Source of the DNA: Macrostomum hystrix
Lineage: Eukaryota > Animalia > Platyhelminthes
Reading direction: 5' to 3'
Assembly: GCA_950097015.1 (NCBI GenBank)
Contig: CATNEN010000001.1
Location: forward strand, 4,898,001-4,962,000
Length of the DNA stretch: 64,000 nt
Each line of letters starts with the position of its first letter. Positions within the stretch are counted from its first letter, which is position 1. The notes beneath the pieces are model-generated. The model saw nothing but the letters and a program-made list of their open reading frames with translations, was not told the origin of the DNA and searched no databases. Below, one piece after another: positions 59,820 through 64,000 of this stretch. A program made the position numbers and the translations under genes.

Positions 59820-61808
59820 TTAGATGCTGCCATCTTCTGTACCATCTGGCTTCACATAGAGGAAAGCGGCCAACGAAAGCGTAGCAATTTCCAGTAACTT
59901 TGCCACTCCAACAAAGACTAACACCATCACCCAGAAGCTCTGGCCGTTGTAAAAACTGCAGGAACCCTGATGACCGCAGCCGCCGGTCCAAAGGCTGCAG
60001 GTGCTGTCGATGAGTTTGCCCAGTACCAGAGGTCCTGGAATACTGCCCAGCAGTCTGAAGATCACCCACTGCAGTCCCAGGCCGAAGTCCTTCAGCCTTG
60101 CTGGAATCACTCGCATTGTGCACTGCAGGATTGGAATGACGGTTGATGATAGCAAGAAAACAAACATGAAAATCATGCAAAAAAACACGGTAACTATCCG
60201 ACAGCTCTGATCTGTACAGGTTCCTTCTACTGCTGAAAACTTCCTCCCGCCGGATAAACTGATCGAGCCGGAGATGCAGCTGCAGTTTTGATAGTATTTT
60301 GTGCCGTCAATCAGTGTGTCATTGTTCTGACAGCCAGCGTAGCACGGGGAGTAGTAGATGATCGAGTCGGCACCGCAGAGAGGACTGTACATGAACTTGC
60401 TCTCCTGACAGTTGCAGTTCATGTTGCAGGTCGAATTCAACGAATTGTGCTGATTCGGCGTCAGTGTGTAGTCGTGATTGATGCCAGCAAACTTCTGCAC
60501 ATCGCATTTAGCCAACAAGCCAAGGCCAAAAATTACACCGATTGCAGAAGTCGTGGCGCTCAGCCTTAGAAGGCCTAATACCGACACTTCGGTATATCGG
60601 AGGAAAATGCCCCCACCAATGACGCCCAAAGCTGCTGCTGGAACTATCGAAATTCCCAAACTGAGGGTAGAGGAGCTGGCGGTGAAAAAAAACAAGATCT
60701 GCAGCATCTTTGGTCCGAAAGTTGAGAGACCAGTTAGCAAGATGTTTTGCGTAGCTCCGGCGAACGATAAGAACAAAAAAGTTGGGTTCTTGAGCAGAGC
60801 AATGCAGGCTTTCCATGCATCCGTGAAATTCAGCTTCATCTCAACATTTTCCGCATTATGGCCTCGATGAGTCTCTAGCTTCTTTGCTGACTGAGTTTTA
60901 TCTGCACCTGGGAATCTTTTAGGAAATCCAAACAATGGAACTACGGCTACAAGCGACAGTAAACCGGATAGCAGGAAGCCTATCCACCAACCCCCAACCC
61001 AAAGGTTTCTGTTTCTAGGGCTGATATCTGTTGGCGTGATACCCGGTTCGACGAAGATGTTCAGGAATATTCCTCCTAGAAGGTAGCCCATAGCCGGTCC
61101 GATCATGCTCATTGTGTAGTAGGCGCCAAGAAAGGCGCCCGACTGCTGAATGGTCAGGTTGTCATCAAGGTAGGCTACAGCCAGAGTGTACAGCGGAGAC
61201 GCACCGACGCCATGAAGGAACTGGCCAAACCAGAACACAAACTTGTAGTTGTTAAGGGTCTGCTTGTTGCAGAAGTTCGGATAGGTCTTTCCAGTCAGGT
61301 AGCACAGAGGCGACACCGGGCTCTCGTAGTTGTACGCGTCCGTTGAGAACTGCGGAATGGTGAAGACGAACGAGCCGACGCCCATGATGAGCATTCCGAT
61401 GGAGATCAGCCGGCTGCGACGGTAGCGGTGTCCGATATAGGTGACGGGCACGAGGCACAGCACACTGCCAATGTCGTACATGGACGCAATAAGACCGCTC
61501 TCAGACGAGCTGAGGTCATAGCGCAGCTCCAGAGTTGTGAGCACAGAGTTCACGAAGCCGTTGACAACCAGGCCCTGGGTGAAACTGCTCAGGCAGAGCC
61601 ACACGAGCAAGCACGACGGTCGAGCGAAGCACTGGCAGGCCTGTGGCTGGCAGTTCTGATACCAGCTGCAGGCGAAATCTTCTGAATTTTCAGTATCATC
61701 TTCATCTTGAGGGCTTTGATCAGACTCTGGCTGCGTTGGCGAATCTGCGACTACTTGCTGCTCTGCCGCCTTCTGACCAATTTGACTTGCTTGATTGATT
61801 GACTTCAT
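59820..61808 (-). CDS. Organic anion transporting polypeptide (OATP/SLCO family, SLCO4-like), single coding exon, 662 aa
   Basis: LTTLELRYDLSSSESGLIAS; OATP signature-like LWVGGWWIGFL; Kazal-like loop CNMNCNC...PLCGADSIIYYSPCYAGC; RLLGSIPGPLVLGKLIDSTC; multiple TM helices. Confidence 0.95.
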   Translation of the reverse strand: MKSINQASQIGQKAAEQQVVADSPTQPESDQSPQDEDDTENSEDFACSWYQNCQPQACQCFARPSCLLVWLCLSSFTQGLVVNGFVNSVLTTLELRYDLSSSESGLIASMYDIGSVLCLVPVTYIGHRYRRSRLISIGMLIMGVGSFVFTIPQFSTDAYNYESPVSPLCYLTGKTYPNFCNKQTLNNYKFVFWFGQFLHGVGASPLYTLAVAYLDDNLTIQQSGAFLGAYYTMSMIGPAMGYLLGGIFLNIFVEPGITPTDISPRNRNLWVGGWWIGFLLSGLLSLVAVVPLFGFPKRFPGADKTQSAKKLETHRGHNAENVEMKLNFTDAWKACIALLKNPTFLFLSFAGATQNILLTGLSTFGPKMLQILFFFTASSSTLSLGISIVPAAALGVIGGGIFLRYTEVSVLGLLRLSATTSAIGVIFGLGLLAKCDVQKFAGINHDYTLTPNQHNSLNSTCNMNCNCQESKFMYSPLCGADSIIYYSPCYAGCQNNDTLIDGTKYYQNCSCISGSISLSGGRKFSAVEGTCTDQSCRIVTVFFCMIFMFVFLLSSTVIPILQCTMRVIPARLKDFGLGLQWVIFRLLGSIPGPLVLGKLIDSTCSLWTGGCGHQGSCSFYNGQSFWVMVLVFVGVAKLLEIATLSLAAFLYVKPDGTEDGSI

Positions 61809-62106
61809 TTACCTGAGTGAAGTGTCATAATTGGGATTAGCTGATGAGCATAGTTTCAGCTGGTTGTTAAGTTAAGAATGGTTAGACTAGAAGTTACTGG
61901 ATGAAGTTTTGTCTATGGGCGTGAGTCTTGTGGGTTGTGGAAATTGAACAAATCGTTTATACGCTCGTACTTCAACCACTTTAAAGTCCCTCCCAGAAGG
62001 TTATTGACATTTTTAGCGGGTCTTCCCTGCCTTCTTCCCTGATTAAATTTAATCTTAATCGACGCTTATGTTTCTCATTTATGACAATCAGAAAATCTAC
62101 TTTTAC

Positions 62107-63075
62107 CATAGACTACAGATCATACGAGTCTGCTTTATACGAAAAGCATACGAATCATACAACCATACCATCCTAGATGGCTCACAGCTACTCTGCTACA
62201 ACTAGCACACAGAGAATCTTGGACTTCTTAAACTTTAATCCTATGAAATACTTCGGGTATTCCCATCAACTTCAAACTTCACCCGCTGTCTTGACCCACT
62301 AGAAGACAGCGCGGGTTGTCGACCTAATGTATTTTGTAGCTTACCTGGTGCTTTACAAAATAGCATGTAAAGTAATAGTGCATATTTACGGTTACTTTTT
62401 AATTAAAAATGAAATCTAAACTAGTGCAACTTGACCTTATTTTTTTGTTGTAAATGTTGCTTTGCAAATAAAAAGGCTATTAATAATCATTAAGGTTTGG
62501 GACTCGACCTAAAGGATATTCGACAAAGAGATCTAGAATTTTGAAGCGAACACTTCGATGATGATGCCTACACTTGCCCACCAGAAATGCGGAACGATGC
62601 AGGAGTGCAAAGATGTTGCCGCAATTGTTTTCAGATGCAACCCATCATTTACGCTCGTGTCGAAGCGTCGAGGCCGAAGCCGACAACGTCTAGAAAATTT
62701 ATTTTAACCAGTGATATGTCATTTGATCAACACGTTACTTGCGATACACATAAAAACTGTGTTCAAGCTCCTGCCACTACAATGTGACCAGCTGTATGCG
62801 CAAGTCGAAGCAAGCCAAGAAAACGGTTGCAAAAGCCAGACAACGGAAGAACGAGGGCCGACAAGTTGCTATCATGAAGCTACGGCAAAAAGTCGACAAG
62901 CTACTTGCACAGCGCACGATTGATCAAGGGCAGATCGGAAGAGTTTTTGCAAATAAGCTTGAAATGCGAAACAGCGCGAGGAATGCGGTGGAGGGCGAAA
63001 GACGTTGCTATTGCGATTCAACTGGACCACAAAAGCCCTGCGGCCAACCGGCTACTTAAACGGGACTTCTTCATT
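62107..63075 (+). mobile_element. P-element/THAP9-like transposon 5' remnant
   Basis: Possible CATAG terminus at 62107 with CATACGA subterminal repeats. THAP-like SEHFDDDAY (~62546), a coiled-coil stretch, then RGMRWRAKDVAIAIQLDHKSPAANRLLK, resembling the P-transposase N-terminal motif. Stops and frameshifts are present. Confidence 0.6.
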
Positions 63076-63581
63076 CGGGAATTTCATTACATTCTTTATG
63101 AAAAGCCTACAGACAGCTGCGTGCAACGCTTCTGCTCGAAGAAAAACTTAAAATACTGTAGGACAGCGCAAGTCTTAATATACGTTGCATACACTATGTT
63201 TCTTGTGTATAATAATGTAACGGATCTTAATGAAACAGCTGAAAATAATATATGTTCATTGTCCAGTTCTATAAGCGTTTGTCTTAACTTTTATTACGCA
63301 ATTCATATGGATGACTTCATTCGCAATTCAATTCTAACATGGTCGCTAGTCAGTGCTTTTAGAAATTTGTCTATGGTAAAAACTATTGCAACATTTGGAT
63401 TTCACTCTATAAGTCTGTGATTCTAGCGTCACTTCTGGATAATGTCCACAATATATATTTAGAAGAACAGCATGCCACGTACTGTGAAAATACAATAAAA
63501 TACAACAATCCGCAGTAACAAAAAAGGTGACGAGAAACACTAGGAAATACAGTCAGATTTCCTATTTCAACATTGCTAAGG

Positions 63582-64000
63582 TCAAAACCGCTTAGTTCTA
63601 AAAATTTGGGCTTGTGTCAGCTGCACATTAACACTCACAAACTGACGAAAATGTTTTTTTCCATTTGGATTAGCGCTTGCTAAGATGACCGCCTCCTGGA
63701 CCATTGAGCTCTTGATGTTGACTGGGCAGACGCTTGTGCTGACTGCTGGGCTATCTGTTGTACTGGCTGATCGGCATGCGCTCGTAATAGCATGGACATC
63801 TGAAACTGGTGTCGTGATTTTCTCCATGTCAAGTACCTTGGTTAAGGCGTCGCTGCACTTCTGTAGCACCTTGTCACGCCTCGTTGAGAGATATCGGCTA
63901 ACATTCTTTGCGCACTTCTGGCCGGTTATCGCCACGATGTCGGCCATGGGATGCCCAGCTGCCTCCAAGTCGCACACCCTGGTGGCTCCAACATAGTGGG
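63582..64000 (-). mobile_element. Tyrosine-recombinase (Crypton/DUF3504-like) C-terminal fragment, running off the window end
   Basis: HYVGATRVCDLEAAGHPMADIVAITGQKCAKNVSRY resembles HSLRAT...L..AG.....I...TGHK.......Y, with catalytic R>G and H>Q changes. Confidence 0.6.

Overview
Eukaryotic (metazoan) genomic DNA with spliceosomal GT-AG introns, GC-rich exons in AT-rich spacers, and many minisatellites, SINEs and DNA transposons. The style suggests a free-living flatworm such as Macrostomum, but that is only an inference. Genes in order: first coding exon of a Yorkie/YAP homolog (-); a single-exon LRR type-I membrane protein (+); a 3-exon, putatively N-acylated His/Glu heptad-repeat protein ending in an AKAP-like helix (+), convergent with a 6-exon AK5-like protein (D/D domain, two degenerate adenylate kinase domains, three IQ motifs) (-); a six-member cluster (3 intact, 3 broken) of secreted PAN/apple-like + ALK/LTK-type glycine-rich-domain proteins (-); a PDZ/synaptopodin-2-like gene (+); an ERR-like nuclear receptor (+); and an OATP/SLCO transporter (-). 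Mobile DNA: an intact Tc1/IS630-type transposon with DD30E spacing, several MITEs, two tRNA-derived SINE families, and remnants of Gypsy, LINE, P/THAP and Crypton-like elements. Best candidates for new biology: the kinase-less secreted ALK/LTK-like family with a homogenised core and divergent ends; the AKAP-like/AK5-IQ convergent pair; and the DD30E transposon. All gene models were spliced and read by eye, and no database searches were run.
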